A DNA stretch of 64,000 bases from Candidatus Bathyarchaeia archaeon (GCA_050010755.1 JBEKKK010000004.1:108498-172497), one strand, 5' to 3'. Shown: positions 38,921 through 49,233, counted from the stretch's first letter. The notes: generated from the letters alone by a model not told the origin. Numbers and translations: made by a program.

Positions 38921-40372
38921 CTACACTGATTTGGTAAAAAGAAAATCGGTGATCCGCTTCTGGAAAAGCGAGTTGCGTATGAGTTCGCTTTCTCTTATCC
39001 AGCTTTGCAGGGGAATGCAGAACTGATTTGCTATTCTGCCCAACACTTCGTTGAAGCTGTTGTAGAGTAGGGGTTTTTGCCGCATGGCATTCCTGACGTT
39101 TTCGCGCACTTGCCACACGCCCACGGGCATTATGTAGCCGGGGTGAGCCTCGCGCAGGACTATCACTGTTGCCTGCCTTCTTTCTTTGACGAGCAGTTCA
39201 CAGACGGCAAGACGGGCGGCATAGTAGCACCCGCCGATTTGGGCGTAGGTTGTCCGTCGGTCATTGCCTTCCCAATCGGAGAACAGGACAGCCTGTTTGC
39301 CGTCTGGGTTCCAGACAGTTCCAGGGTACCATGCCTCAATGGCCTCATAACTCCACTCTCTCGGCAGCATCAAGACTTCAAACTGGTTGTCCAGGTACGT
39401 GGATTCGTAAACGCGGTACTCGTTTATCTCTGGGAATTGTTTGACCTGCTCCATGAGGTTTTTCGAGATTATGTCGTCTACCGCCGTGATGCTCCATCGG
39501 GTTGGCACTAAGCGCCGGTTTTCTTCCATTCCGAAGGCGCCGACGCTGAACGCCTTCTGAATTCTTGTTTCAAGAACGCCCTTGTCGTAGAGTTCGAGCA
39601 CAGCGGGGGCGGCCTTCAGGTCAGTGTCGCTGTAGGCCTTTTCAATCTGATGATCCCAGCTCGTGTTCGACACGTTCAAGTCGCGAATCGGTGCAGAAGG
39701 CCCGAAAGGCTGGATTTCGTCGCTCAGGAATATGGAACCGTGAGGCTTTTTGGTCAGCATCAATTCGACATCGACGGGCTTAACAGCCAATGCTAGTTCG
39801 CGAGTTTTCTCGATTATTTTTCCAGCTTGTTCAAATTCTCGCACGTGAACTCGACGCTTTCCGCGGATTAGCATCGAACGGAAAGCGACAATTTCATCAA
39901 TGGACTTTCCAAACCACAATTCGGGCAGGTCAAATAGGCTTGTATCTTCGTCCACGGGAGGGACAAGCGGTCCGGCGTAGACGTTCGGGTAGCCTATTCT
40001 GCCGATGAAAACGCTCGGTGGGGAAGCCCCAGCAATATTCTCGCTGCTCATCAAAGGAACGCTCTTCAAGTAATAATTGACTTTCACGATGATTGGACAA
40101 CGCGTCTTTCCGCAGAGAAGCCTTGAACCCTTGCACACCACACACAAACCGCTCTTCGAAGCCCTGGCAGTCACAGTCGGACCCATGTCAGTGGCGACTC
40201 CTGAATTCTTTAGGATTTCATGCAACCACGTGTCCGAGTAAGCATGCACCGGTGAGGTAAGGGTCAACTCTTGTCCCTTGGAGAATGATGAGAAGAAGCT
40301 CTTATGTTTTCTGCAATCAGATCCGAGCCGCTTGGCACGGCCTCGCAGCGTGTGTTTTATATTGATTCCCAT
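38921..40372 (-). CDS. nreA: Nre-family DNA repair protein
   Basis: CVVCKGSRLLCGKTRCP, SPPSVFIGRIGYP, LVPTRWSITAVD, GGCYYAARL and PVGVWQVRE motifs; C-terminal PIP box QKRITDFL; true start probably downstream of 40372. Confidence 0.9.
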   Translation of the reverse strand: MGINIKHTLRGRAKRLGSDCRKHKSFFSSFSKGQELTLTSPVHAYSDTWLHEILKNSGVATDMGPTVTARASKSGLCVVCKGSRLLCGKTRCPIIVKVNYYLKSVPLMSSENIAGASPPSVFIGRIGYPNVYAGPLVPPVDEDTSLFDLPELWFGKSIDEIVAFRSMLIRGKRRVHVREFEQAGKIIEKTRELALAVKPVDVELMLTKKPHGSIFLSDEIQPFGPSAPIRDLNVSNTSWDHQIEKAYSDTDLKAAPAVLELYDKGVLETRIQKAFSVGAFGMEENRRLVPTRWSITAVDDIISKNLMEQVKQFPEINEYRVYESTYLDNQFEVLMLPREWSYEAIEAWYPGTVWNPDGKQAVLFSDWEGNDRRTTYAQIGGCYYAARLAVCELLVKERRQATVIVLREAHPGYIMPVGVWQVRENVRNAMRQKPLLYNSFNEVLGRIANQFCIPLQSWIRESELIRNSLFQKRITDFLFTKSV

Positions 40373-40395
40373 CGAACATCTCTGTGGGACTGGCC

Positions 40396-40674
40396 ATGAC
40401 GGATGAAATTCGATACTACAAGGGAAGACACAAGGTGAGAGTTCTGACGGAAAGTCGAGGAAACTGGATAGTTGAAGCCTTAGAAGCCTTCGAGGACACT
40501 GTTGAGGGGGAAAAGGTCAAGGTCAAAGAAGGAGAAAGACGCATCGTGGCCCCAAACCTGCTTCTCCTGAAAGAAGCATTGCCTCTACCCGTCAAAGAGC
40601 ACGAGTACGAATTGAAAATGGAGAAGAAAGTGAAGCGCCTCATCAATAAAGAGGAAAAAGAAAAAACTGCCTAG
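40396..40674 (+). CDS. Small hypothetical protein (beta-rich N-terminus, charged helical tail)
   Basis: Clean ORF with protein-like composition, divergent from nreA. Confidence 0.65.
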   Translation: MTDEIRYYKGRHKVRVLTESRGNWIVEALEAFEDTVEGEKVKVKEGERRIVAPNLLLLKEALPLPVKEHEYELKMEKKVKRLINKEEKEKTA

Positions 40675-40698
40675 TTAACTGGAAGCTGAAATATGGCA

Positions 40699-40809
40699 TG
40701 GCGCCCTGGCCGGGATTTGGACCCGGGTCCTGCGGGCGACAGCCGCATATACTATTCCGGCATCGTGTGAACAGACAACACGAGTGTGACCGGACTATAC
40801 TACCAGGGC
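40699..40809 (-). tRNA. tRNA-Asp(GTC) with a 33-nt D-loop intron (40755-40787), CCA encoded
   Basis: GCCCTGG/CCAGGGC acceptor; TGCGG-CTGTCGC-CCGCA anticodon arm; BHB motif with CCGG/CCGG central helix and TCA/AAT bulges. Confidence 0.92.
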
Positions 40810-40945
40810 TTTCGATGAACCTTTGTTCTTCATGCATATAAGTTTACTTTTTGCTGAGAATGCTTTCAAGCGTACTCCGCGTCCTGGGTTATGAAAACCA
40901 AGGATACACCCTGTGTCCCGACCGACGGTTAAGGTATATAGACGC

Positions 40946-41188
40946 TCAAGGTTGCTGTTCGTCTTTGTGAAGATGTTTTTTTGCGTATTCTTCTTGAAGT
41001 TTTTTGGACATTTGGCCATCTTCAACTATGAACGCCCCGTGATAGCCACAGTTCCTGCACTCCCAAATTGACCAAAGCTGCGGTAGCCCGCGAGCCCAGT
41101 AGATTTCTGGGGATCCACATCTTGGACAGAACTTTACACCCCGCTTTTTGGCGTTGACCTTGGTTTCCGGTTTCTCAGTTTCGTCCAA
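40946..41188 (-). CDS. Small zinc-ribbon protein
   Basis: CPRCGS...WECRNCGY; TTG start with GGAG. Confidence 0.8.
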   Translation of the reverse strand: MDETEKPETKVNAKKRGVKFCPRCGSPEIYWARGLPQLWSIWECRNCGYHGAFIVEDGQMSKKLQEEYAKKHLHKDEQQP

Positions 41189-41469
41189 ACGATTTCTCCT
41201 TCCTAATTAGTCAGGATGGTTTTCTGCGACGGTTTGGAATCGGGCTCTTTGAGTCACCATGGATATGCAAAATCTTATTCTAAAAAGCTTTCATTCTTCT
41301 TGAGAAGCACCGATAATATCGTGATTGGCAAAGCGAGAGCTTGCAAACTGATCTGTGTGAAAGCTAACAACGCTCCAAGTCAAGAATATCTTGCGGAGTC
41401 TGGCTTTTTGCCAGTCTTGAAAAGTTAAGAGGGTAAGGTTAAAGTGAAACTGGGTTTCATGTGGTATTC

Positions 41470-42411
41470 ATGATTTCGATTGTCGGTGCTGGAAAAGTTG
41501 GAAGTGCTGCGGCTTTCAGTATTCTTGGGTTTAGGACCAGCGACATCGTTCTTGTTGACATAGCTGAGAATCTGGCTCGAGGGGAAGCCCTGGATATGAT
41601 GCAGGCAGCCCCCGCAATCGAGTTTGACGGCAAGATTAAGGGAACAAACGATTATGGCGAAATGAAAGGTTCGGAGCTTGTCATCGTCACGGCCGGTCTG
41701 GGAAGACAGCCCGGGATGAGCCGGTCTGATCTTGCTGAAAAGAATGCGAAGATAGTCAAGTCAATTGTAAAAGAGGTCGTGAGGTATTGCCCAGCATGCA
41801 AACTCATGATGGTGACCAACCCGGTTGACGCCATGACCTATGTGGCTTACAAGGAGAGCGGGTTTGAGAGAAACAGGGTTTTCGGGATGGGCAACATCTT
41901 GGACACTCTTCGTTTCCGATCTTACATCGCACAGGAACTGGGGGTTTCGAGAGAGGACATTCGCGGGCTCGTCATAGGAGAGCACGGAGATTCGATGGTA
42001 CCTCTCGTAGGACATGCTTCAGTCTCGGGCATACCCATAACTGAGCTGTTGAACGGTGAGCAGATTGAAAAGATTGTGAGCTTGACGAGAAGCTCAGGAT
42101 CAGATGTGATAAAACTCAAAGGAGCTACCACATACGCTCCGAGTGTCGTCATCGCCATAATGGCTGATGCTGTTTTGAAGGGTAGGAACAGGGTTATGGG
42201 AGTCTCCACCTACCTGCAGGGTGAGTACGGTTTCTCCGACGTTTCAATCGGTGTGCCCTGTGTTCTCGGAAAAAACGGTGTCGAAAGAATTGTGGAACTC
42301 AAACTTGATCCCCAAACGAAGGCAGAATTTGAAAAGTCAGTGGCCTCAGTAACTGAGGTCATCGGGAAAACCTACGAAACAGCACTGACAAAGCCAACGT
42401 CTGAAGCATGA
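41470..42411 (+). CDS. mdh: Malate dehydrogenase (LDH-like)
   Basis: GAGKVG, RQPGMSRSDL, NPVD, LDTLRFR and GEHGD motifs. Confidence 0.92.
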   Translation: MISIVGAGKVGSAAAFSILGFRTSDIVLVDIAENLARGEALDMMQAAPAIEFDGKIKGTNDYGEMKGSELVIVTAGLGRQPGMSRSDLAEKNAKIVKSIVKEVVRYCPACKLMMVTNPVDAMTYVAYKESGFERNRVFGMGNILDTLRFRSYIAQELGVSREDIRGLVIGEHGDSMVPLVGHASVSGIPITELLNGEQIEKIVSLTRSSGSDVIKLKGATTYAPSVVIAIMADAVLKGRNRVMGVSTYLQGEYGFSDVSIGVPCVLGKNGVERIVELKLDPQTKAEFEKSVASVTEVIGKTYETALTKPTSEA

Positions 42412-42430
42412 AGAAAATGCAGCAGCGAGC

Positions 42431-42871
42431 CTAGATTGGTTGACTTTTTTCGTGCCTTCTGAGAAACTCGTGCGCCTTTGCGAGCACTTTCTTGGCGTTT
42501 GAGAAAGTGAGTCTAGCCATTGCTTTCTCGTAGCTGAGCCACTCGTATCCCACGTGCTCATAGGATAATCTAACAGCGCTTTGTTTGCTTTCGATGAGAA
42601 AGAAGATGACTTCCTTATACACTGTCCTAGCTTCCCTCCTGTAGACGTAGTTTATTTCTTCCCTGAAACCTTCGATGAATCGGGAATCGTCGATGCCTGT
42701 TTCTTCTTGCAGCTCGCGAAGTACCGTTTCCTTTTCAGTCTCGTGGGGTTCAACTTGCCCTTTTACGTAGTCCCAGTGGCCTGCCTCGTAGTGCAGGAGA
42801 AGATATTGAAGCTCGTCGCTACGCTTGAACACAACCGCTCCACAGGATTTTTCATGCAGGGACATCAGCAT
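42431..42871 (-). CDS. NUDIX hydrolase (Ap4A hydrolase-like)
   Basis: GHWDYVKG...E...RELQEETG Nudix box; LSYEH motif. Confidence 0.9.
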   Translation of the reverse strand: MLMSLHEKSCGAVVFKRSDELQYLLLHYEAGHWDYVKGQVEPHETEKETVLRELQEETGIDDSRFIEGFREEINYVYRREARTVYKEVIFFLIESKQSAVRLSYEHVGYEWLSYEKAMARLTFSNAKKVLAKAHEFLRRHEKSQPI

Positions 42872-42897
42872 GCCTCTTTACTCTTTGCTCTCTCCAA

Positions 42898-43010
42898 TGG
42901 CGCCAGGGGTGGGATTTGAACCCACGCGGCCCCGAGAGGCCACAAGCTCTTAGGCGTTTCATTTGTAAACGTCTCCAGGCTTGCTCCCTACCTGGCTAGG
43001 ATACCCCGGC
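42898..43010 (-). tRNA. tRNA-Ser(GGA) with a 24-nt intron at 37/38 (42949-42972), CCA encoded
   Basis: GCCGGGG acceptor, G73, long variable arm, CAAGC/GCTTG anticodon stem, TTCAAAT T-loop. Confidence 0.9.
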
Positions 43011-43285
43011 GCACCGAACCATGCTTCAAACTGAGCCTTCCCACTAGTTTGAAGTAGTTCCCACATTTCTCTCTGATGAGCAGAACTTAAAGCTTTATCG
43101 TGCACTCGAATCTCAACATGTCTGACCAGCCAGTGCGCTCTGCCTAGTCAATGTACAGAATAGTACAGTATGTCCCTTGTAGGCGCGGGGTATCGGTGTT
43201 AACGTACAATAGAACTTTCTTCTATAAAGCTTAAGAAGTAAAACAGCACATACGGACGTCGGGGAAAAATAAAGGAGAAGGAAAA

Positions 43286-44767
43286 ATGGATAGAAGAAAA
43301 TACGTTAGTTTGGCTTTGCTTGCTTCTCTGTTGCTCTTCGCTCTCGCAATACCGTTTGGCAATGCAGTTATAAACGACGCAAACTCACAAGGATTATTCA
43401 AGTATCACGCAACCCCCGAAGTTGTCGACTTCAACAGGTATGGGGGAACAGGCTTCCTTTACAATACTGTTGTTGAACTTCGCAATGCTTATGATTTGAA
43501 CCCGTTATACGCTGCTGGATTCGATGGAACAGGCCAGACAGTGGTCATCGTCGATGCATTTGGAAGCCCCACAATCTATCAAGACTTGCTATCGTTCATA
43601 GTAGACTACCAGAATACCCCAACTTACTTCAGCGCAAACCTGCCATGGACAACAATGGCTCAAGTGCAGAGTCATGTGAAGATATACTATCCTCAAGGAC
43701 AGCCAGTGTTCGACCCTACTAGCTCAGATGAGCTTGGTTGGAGCCAAGAGACTACGCTTGACGTTTGCATGGTCCACGCGATTGCGCCAGGTGCAAACAT
43801 CGCTTTGGTCATCGCTCCAAGCGACTATGATCTACCGCTTACCCAAGCCGTTCAATATGCGCTTGTGCACCATTTGGGCTCCGTGATTTCCCAGAGTTGG
43901 GGCGACCCAGAATGGGACATAGCCGCGGGTGGCAAGGTCGCAATTAAAGAAATGATGCAGGCTCACGCCACCTATATCCTAGCAGCACTCATGGGCGTAA
44001 CCGTGTTCGCATCATCAGGAGATGATGGCGCATCAAACTTGGCCCAGTATTATCTTGCGCAGCCTTACAACAGCCCGCTGTATCCAAGCTCAGATCCCTT
44101 CGTCGTCGCAGTCGGAGGAACGAACCTCTTCATGACCCGTGCGGATGGCTACCAAGAGGGAACCGGAAACTGGACCAACAGGAACACTGGCTTGGGAAGA
44201 ACAGCACCTGGTGTCACATACAACTACGAGATCGCAGGAAACGATTATGAAGGAATGGCCGCCGACGGATACCCAGCTCCATATGACGCTGTTACCACTG
44301 GCGGAGCTATGAGTCAGTTCTTCTCATTGCCGTTCTGGCAATATGGAATAACTATGACAAATGCTGACGGAACATCATTCAGACCCACAATGCGTTGCGC
44401 GTCGGACGTTTCATTCGACAGCGGAGTCTACGGTGGAATAGGTCCAATACCATGGAGCGTTTTAGGAACTGGCGCAGCTTACATCTTTGGAGGCACTAGC
44501 TGCGGTTCACCTTTCTGGGCCGCTTTGACAGCCATCGCAAACCAAAAAGTAGGCCATAACGTAGGATTCATCAGCCCAATATTATACCTAGACAAGACAA
44601 CTCTCTACAGCAAGGGTGCTTTCCATGACATAACAATGGGCGACAACACATACCCAACGGGCTCCACGATGCTAGGCTATGAAGCAACAAAAGGCTGGGA
44701 CGCACCAACAGGCATTGGTAGTCCTGACGCAACAAACCTGATTCTGCAACTAAAAGGATTCTGCTAA
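43286..44767 (+). CDS. Secreted S53 (sedolisin/kumamolisin-like) peptidase
   Basis: Signal peptide; ETTLD (Glu/Asp), SSGDDG oxyanion, GGTSCGSP nucleophile, GWDAPTGIGSP Ca-binding motif. Confidence 0.92.
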   Translation: MDRRKYVSLALLASLLLFALAIPFGNAVINDANSQGLFKYHATPEVVDFNRYGGTGFLYNTVVELRNAYDLNPLYAAGFDGTGQTVVIVDAFGSPTIYQDLLSFIVDYQNTPTYFSANLPWTTMAQVQSHVKIYYPQGQPVFDPTSSDELGWSQETTLDVCMVHAIAPGANIALVIAPSDYDLPLTQAVQYALVHHLGSVISQSWGDPEWDIAAGGKVAIKEMMQAHATYILAALMGVTVFASSGDDGASNLAQYYLAQPYNSPLYPSSDPFVVAVGGTNLFMTRADGYQEGTGNWTNRNTGLGRTAPGVTYNYEIAGNDYEGMAADGYPAPYDAVTTGGAMSQFFSLPFWQYGITMTNADGTSFRPTMRCASDVSFDSGVYGGIGPIPWSVLGTGAAYIFGGTSCGSPFWAALTAIANQKVGHNVGFISPILYLDKTTLYSKGAFHDITMGDNTYPTGSTMLGYEATKGWDAPTGIGSPDATNLILQLKGFC

Positions 44768-44789
44768 GACACTGGCACAACCAAACTCC

Positions 44790-44806
44790 CTCCCTTTTTT
44801 TCTTTG
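44790..44806 (+). terminator. Oligo-T archaeal terminator-like tract
   Basis: CCCTTTTTTTCTTT just after the S53 stop codon. Confidence 0.45.
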
Positions 44807-44997
44807 CAAAACCAAGCAGCACGCGAGATTGAAAAAGCGACTCCGAGACTTTTCGACGGCTTCGCGGCAGGGCTTGGCAGTTTTTGTCATGGAGCCTCTC
44901 GAGGACAGTTACTTGCCGAGGATTGTCGGAACTCTTTCGTCATCGTCCACGAGAAGAATTGTCCCTTTTTCTGGGTCAAAAGTTTTTCCCGGTATCG

Positions 44998-47964
44998 TTA
45001 ATCGTTATTTTGTAGACGAGAATTCCCTTCTTTGAGGATTGGCAGTCTTATCGTAAATTTAGTGCCTTTGCCGACTTGGCTTGTGAAGCTTATCGTGCCG
45101 CCGTGCCCTTCGATGAGTCTCTTGCAGACGGGCAATCCGAACCCCTGTCCTTTGGATTTCGTGGTGAACAGGGGTGTGAATATTCTCCCGCGGTCTGCCG
45201 GACGAATCCCTACTCCAGTGTCTTCCACTGTTATGACAATCGCTTGCGGATTCTCCTTTCTGAATGCATTTATTGTCAGTTCTCCCCCATCTGGCATTGC
45301 TTGCACCGAGTTAGTGATGAGGTTGGTAAGTACTCTCCTGATTATGGAGGAATCCAAGTTTACAATAGGGAAGTTGTTCGGAATGCCAATTGCAACCGAT
45401 ACGCTTTGGGGAATGCTGCAAGTTGACAATGTTTCCTTAATCAGCATGCCGAGATCGGTCCTGACGAGCGAAGGCTTCACTGGCCGGGCATAATCCTGCA
45501 GGTCAGAAACAATCTTGTCCATGTAGAAAGTGGTCGACTTAACCTCTCTTAATGACTCTTTGAGTTCCCGTTTTTCTTTGGGAGGACAGTTTATTCTGTC
45601 CAGTTGTTCCTGGGCTAAATCGATGTTCCCCACGATGGCTTGTAGCGGATTCCGCAGATCGTGTCCCACCATTGCGGCCGTTCTGCCTATAGCGGCGAAC
45701 CTTTCAGCCTCTCTCAGCTGTTCCTCTGCTCGCACGCGTTCAGTGATATCAAGTACCATCCCCACTGATCGGACGACACGACCGAACGAGTCCCTGATGT
45801 GGTCACATTTCTGTTGAACAACTCTCAGTTCGCCTGTTGATTTCTTCACGACCCTGTGATCGATCTCGTACGTTTCTCTTCCTTTACGCAACGAGGCTGA
45901 ATATGCAGCGTCGACGGCTGCACGATCATCGGGGTGAATTGCATCGAGAAAGGCTTCATACGTTGCTCCGAATTCTTGGGGTTCCAAACCGAAAATCCTG
46001 TAGACTTCATCCGACCAATACAGATGATTCGTCGCTAAGTCAAGTTCCCAACTTCCAAGATGAGCGATCTCTTGGGTCTTACTCAGTCTTTGCTCACTTT
46101 CCAAAAGTGCACTCTCCGTTCTCTTGCGGAGGAACGCCTCGACCACAGCTGGCGCCAAAGCTTCGAGTGCTTCAAGTTCTGCTTGGCTGTAGCCGCCCTC
46201 GCGATTTGCCCCTGCAATTATACCAATAGTTCTTCCTTGATTCTTCAAGGGAACGCATAGAAATGAATTGAGCGGAGGATGATCTGGTGGTAGCTCAATG
46301 CTGTCAGGGTGACTTGCGGGGTCATTCGTGAAGAGGCCTTTCCCGTCTATGATCACGCGGCCGTAAATTCCGTGGATTGGACCGTGCACAATGAACTGGT
46401 GATGACCTAGAACATCAAGCTCTTTGCACTTATCCCAGCCGGGATTGCTGATGGCGATACTTCGCAACTCTTCACCGTCAAACTCGTCAATGAAGCCGAA
46501 TTTGCTTCCAGTAAGCTCTCGAACGACGTCTAGGCACGCCTGTCCAAGCTCGAATTCCGATCTGCTGCTCAAGGCTTCCTGGAAAATCCTGTTGGTGCTT
46601 ACTTGAATCATGTTCTTTAACCGAGCACTTTCTTCAGCTTTCAGGCGATCGGTTATTTCCGTTCCGTAGACGTTGACGTATCCTTCTGTGAGAATGGGCG
46701 TTACCGTAAACAAGAACGAACGGTTGTTTATGGTCTCTAGAAGATCTAGATTCTCCTTGGCTGACAGTGCTCTCTTTACGTGCTGGCGCCAAGATTCAGA
46801 CACACGTTGGCCTGGTGTCATGTTGATCGGTGCTGGAAGTTTTTGGCTTTCAGGGTTTGCATATAGTATTAAGCCTTCCTTGTCGATTCGTAGCACGGCA
46901 TGAGGGTTCTCTGATGGAAACTTTGCGAGACTTATGAATTCTTTCTCCATTCTCTTGCGTTCGGTGATGTCGTGTCCGATAACTAGTGCACCTTCGAGGG
47001 TCCCATCTTTGTAGGTCGGCTTTACGTTGAGAATAACCCACAGTTCCTTTCCACTCTTGGTTATCGATTTGTATTCAACACTTTCATCAATCTTCTCCCC
47101 AGCCAACCCGCTCCGGATTCTGTCTTGGAAACGTTCTCTACTCTCGGGAACCAAGAGGGCAACAGGGTTCATCAAAAGCAGCTCTTCTCTAGAGTAGCCT
47201 GTCAATCTGCACATTGCATCATTCACGCTCTTGAATCGTGGACCATTATAGTCGATCTCAAAGATAGCCGTCGGCGCATACTGCAGGAGCTGTGCGTACT
47301 TTTCTTCATTGACCTTGAGCGCTCCCTCCTCCATCTGTACTCTTTCCAAAATGTCGGCGGCGTATTTGGCGAGCATGTCGAGCAACTCCAGTGTATGATC
47401 GTCCGGCCGATGTGGTGTCTTGTAGTGTGTTGAGAACATTCCGACAAGTTTTCCTGAAGTGCTTACCATGGGTGTAGACTGAACGGCTCGCACACCGGCT
47501 TTGAGGTGAATTGCTAGGCCAGAAGTGCCCACGAAGATTGGGCTTTGCTCAACATTCTCGACTATGATATGCTTCCTCTGCCTAAGCGCGGCACTACACG
47601 TCCCCCGACCTCCCAAAACCTTGTTCCAGTAATCAAGCCACCAATCTGGGAACCCGTGCTGAACCTCAATGAAGAGCTCCTTAGATTGAGGATCGAGAAG
47701 CTGAATATCGCCAAAATCAGCCTTAGAGGTAGCTAACGCTGCGTCGAGGGTCTCGGTCAGAATTGAATTCAGGTTGCCTCTATGCACGAATAATGCGCCG
47801 AGTTTCTGGAGCCTATCAATGGCGCTCAAGTTAGCTTCCAGCGTTTTCTCAACTTTTTTGCGTTTAGCGATTTCTCTCTCCAAATCGACTTTAGAAACAG
47901 TCAAGATCTTCGAGCCAGCACTCATTTTGTTAAGCGCCCGCGGACTTCGCTTTTTCGGTGTCAT
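44998..47964 (-). CDS. Cytoplasmic multi-sensor histidine kinase (GAF-PAS-PAS-GAF-PAS-HisKA-HATPase)
   Basis: VGHDLRNPL H-box, NLITNS, DTGVG, FTPLFTTK and GQGFGL; PAS/PAC and GAF segments. Confidence 0.92.
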   Translation of the reverse strand: MTPKKRSPRALNKMSAGSKILTVSKVDLEREIAKRKKVEKTLEANLSAIDRLQKLGALFVHRGNLNSILTETLDAALATSKADFGDIQLLDPQSKELFIEVQHGFPDWWLDYWNKVLGGRGTCSAALRQRKHIIVENVEQSPIFVGTSGLAIHLKAGVRAVQSTPMVSTSGKLVGMFSTHYKTPHRPDDHTLELLDMLAKYAADILERVQMEEGALKVNEEKYAQLLQYAPTAIFEIDYNGPRFKSVNDAMCRLTGYSREELLLMNPVALLVPESRERFQDRIRSGLAGEKIDESVEYKSITKSGKELWVILNVKPTYKDGTLEGALVIGHDITERKRMEKEFISLAKFPSENPHAVLRIDKEGLILYANPESQKLPAPINMTPGQRVSESWRQHVKRALSAKENLDLLETINNRSFLFTVTPILTEGYVNVYGTEITDRLKAEESARLKNMIQVSTNRIFQEALSSRSEFELGQACLDVVRELTGSKFGFIDEFDGEELRSIAISNPGWDKCKELDVLGHHQFIVHGPIHGIYGRVIIDGKGLFTNDPASHPDSIELPPDHPPLNSFLCVPLKNQGRTIGIIAGANREGGYSQAELEALEALAPAVVEAFLRKRTESALLESEQRLSKTQEIAHLGSWELDLATNHLYWSDEVYRIFGLEPQEFGATYEAFLDAIHPDDRAAVDAAYSASLRKGRETYEIDHRVVKKSTGELRVVQQKCDHIRDSFGRVVRSVGMVLDITERVRAEEQLREAERFAAIGRTAAMVGHDLRNPLQAIVGNIDLAQEQLDRINCPPKEKRELKESLREVKSTTFYMDKIVSDLQDYARPVKPSLVRTDLGMLIKETLSTCSIPQSVSVAIGIPNNFPIVNLDSSIIRRVLTNLITNSVQAMPDGGELTINAFRKENPQAIVITVEDTGVGIRPADRGRIFTPLFTTKSKGQGFGLPVCKRLIEGHGGTISFTSQVGKGTKFTIRLPILKEGNSRLQNND

Positions 47965-48198
47965 AACAATCAGCTCCCCACATTTTCGACAGATGTGATG
48001 GAACGGCCTCTCGAGAATACGAGACGCAAGAATGAGCGCGCCAAGAATATCACTGTAATTGCGACAAAAAGATTAGAAACCGAACCCAGTTTCATTTGCG
48101 GCCTCTCGAATCCTCAGATGAAGATCTATTCATCCCAATCTTTTTAATGCTTTTATTGCTTCCTAGAAAAGCATATTGTAGATTCAGAGACTTGACAC

Positions 48199-49233
48199 TT
48201 GATGAAATCGGACAATGCGATAGAAACGCACAATCTGACTAAAACATTCAAGTCACGGGACCGGAATACAGAGGCTCGAGGTTCCTTTTTCGACCGGAAA
48301 AACCGCGAAATGATAACGGCTATTGATCATCTCAACCTAGAAATCAGAAAAGGCGAATTGTTCGGTCTGCTCGGGCCCAACGGGGCCGGAAAAACAACGT
48401 TGGTGAAAGTTCTTTGCACGTTGTTACCTCCGGACGAGGGAAACGCTATCTTAAACGGCTTCGATGTAGTGCGTCAACAGATGGATGTTAGAAGATCGAT
48501 AGGCGCACTCTTCAGCGTGGGCGAAAGAGGAGCTTTCTGGAGGCTCAACGGTTACACGAACCTCGAATTCTTTTCAGCCATCTACAACGTTCCGAGGAAC
48601 AAAAGACACGAGAGAATCATGGAAGTCCTAGATCTGGTAGGCTTGAGGGATAAAGCCTTCCAACGCTACCAGAGGTACTCGGGCGGAATGAAGAGGAAGC
48701 TGGCCCTAGCGAGGGTTTTGCTCCCGGACACGCCCATCTTGCTTCTCGACGAGCCGACCGTAGGCCTAGACGTCATATCCTCTAGGACTCTGAGGGACTT
48801 CATAAAAAACGACCTGAGCAGAAAAGCAGGCAAGACAATTCTCTACACGACGCACTATGTCGAGGAAGCGTCTCAAATCTGCGATAGAATAGGCATACTC
48901 AACAGGGGAAAGCTTGTCGCTTGTGACACGCCCAACAATATTAGGGGCATAGTGAAGAAGGGCGAAGTGGTTGAAATAAGAGTCAAGTCCATCACAGATG
49001 CCCAAATAGAAACGATTAAAACAATTGACGGCGTGACCGACGTGACCAGTGAGCTAGAAGACTCCGTGCTTGACCTGAGACGATTGCGCCTCCACCTGCA
49101 GAACATAGGCTTTCTGCCGATGGTCTTGGACTTTTTCTTCAAAGAGAAAATACTGCTGATAGATCTGAAACGAGAAGAACCCACGTTGGAGGACGCTTTC
49201 ATAGAGTTAACAGGAAGAAGCCTTGGAAAATGA
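48199..49233 (+). CDS. ABC exporter ATP-binding protein (DrrA-like)
   Basis: GPNGAGKTT, YSGGM, LLLDEPT and TTH motifs. Confidence 0.93.
   Translation: MMKSDNAIETHNLTKTFKSRDRNTEARGSFFDRKNREMITAIDHLNLEIRKGELFGLLGPNGAGKTTLVKVLCTLLPPDEGNAILNGFDVVRQQMDVRRSIGALFSVGERGAFWRLNGYTNLEFFSAIYNVPRNKRHERIMEVLDLVGLRDKAFQRYQRYSGGMKRKLALARVLLPDTPILLLDEPTVGLDVISSRTLRDFIKNDLSRKAGKTILYTTHYVEEASQICDRIGILNRGKLVACDTPNNIRGIVKKGEVVEIRVKSITDAQIETIKTIDGVTDVTSELEDSVLDLRRLRLHLQNIGFLPMVLDFFFKEKILLIDLKREEPTLEDAFIELTGRSLGK

Noticed and set aside
42898-43010. Alternative splicing of the tRNA to give Leu(TAA), since the intron ends in CCTAAG
   Set aside because: G73, the GCC acceptor start, the long variable arm and the bulge positions all fit Ser(GGA) with a 37/38 intron.
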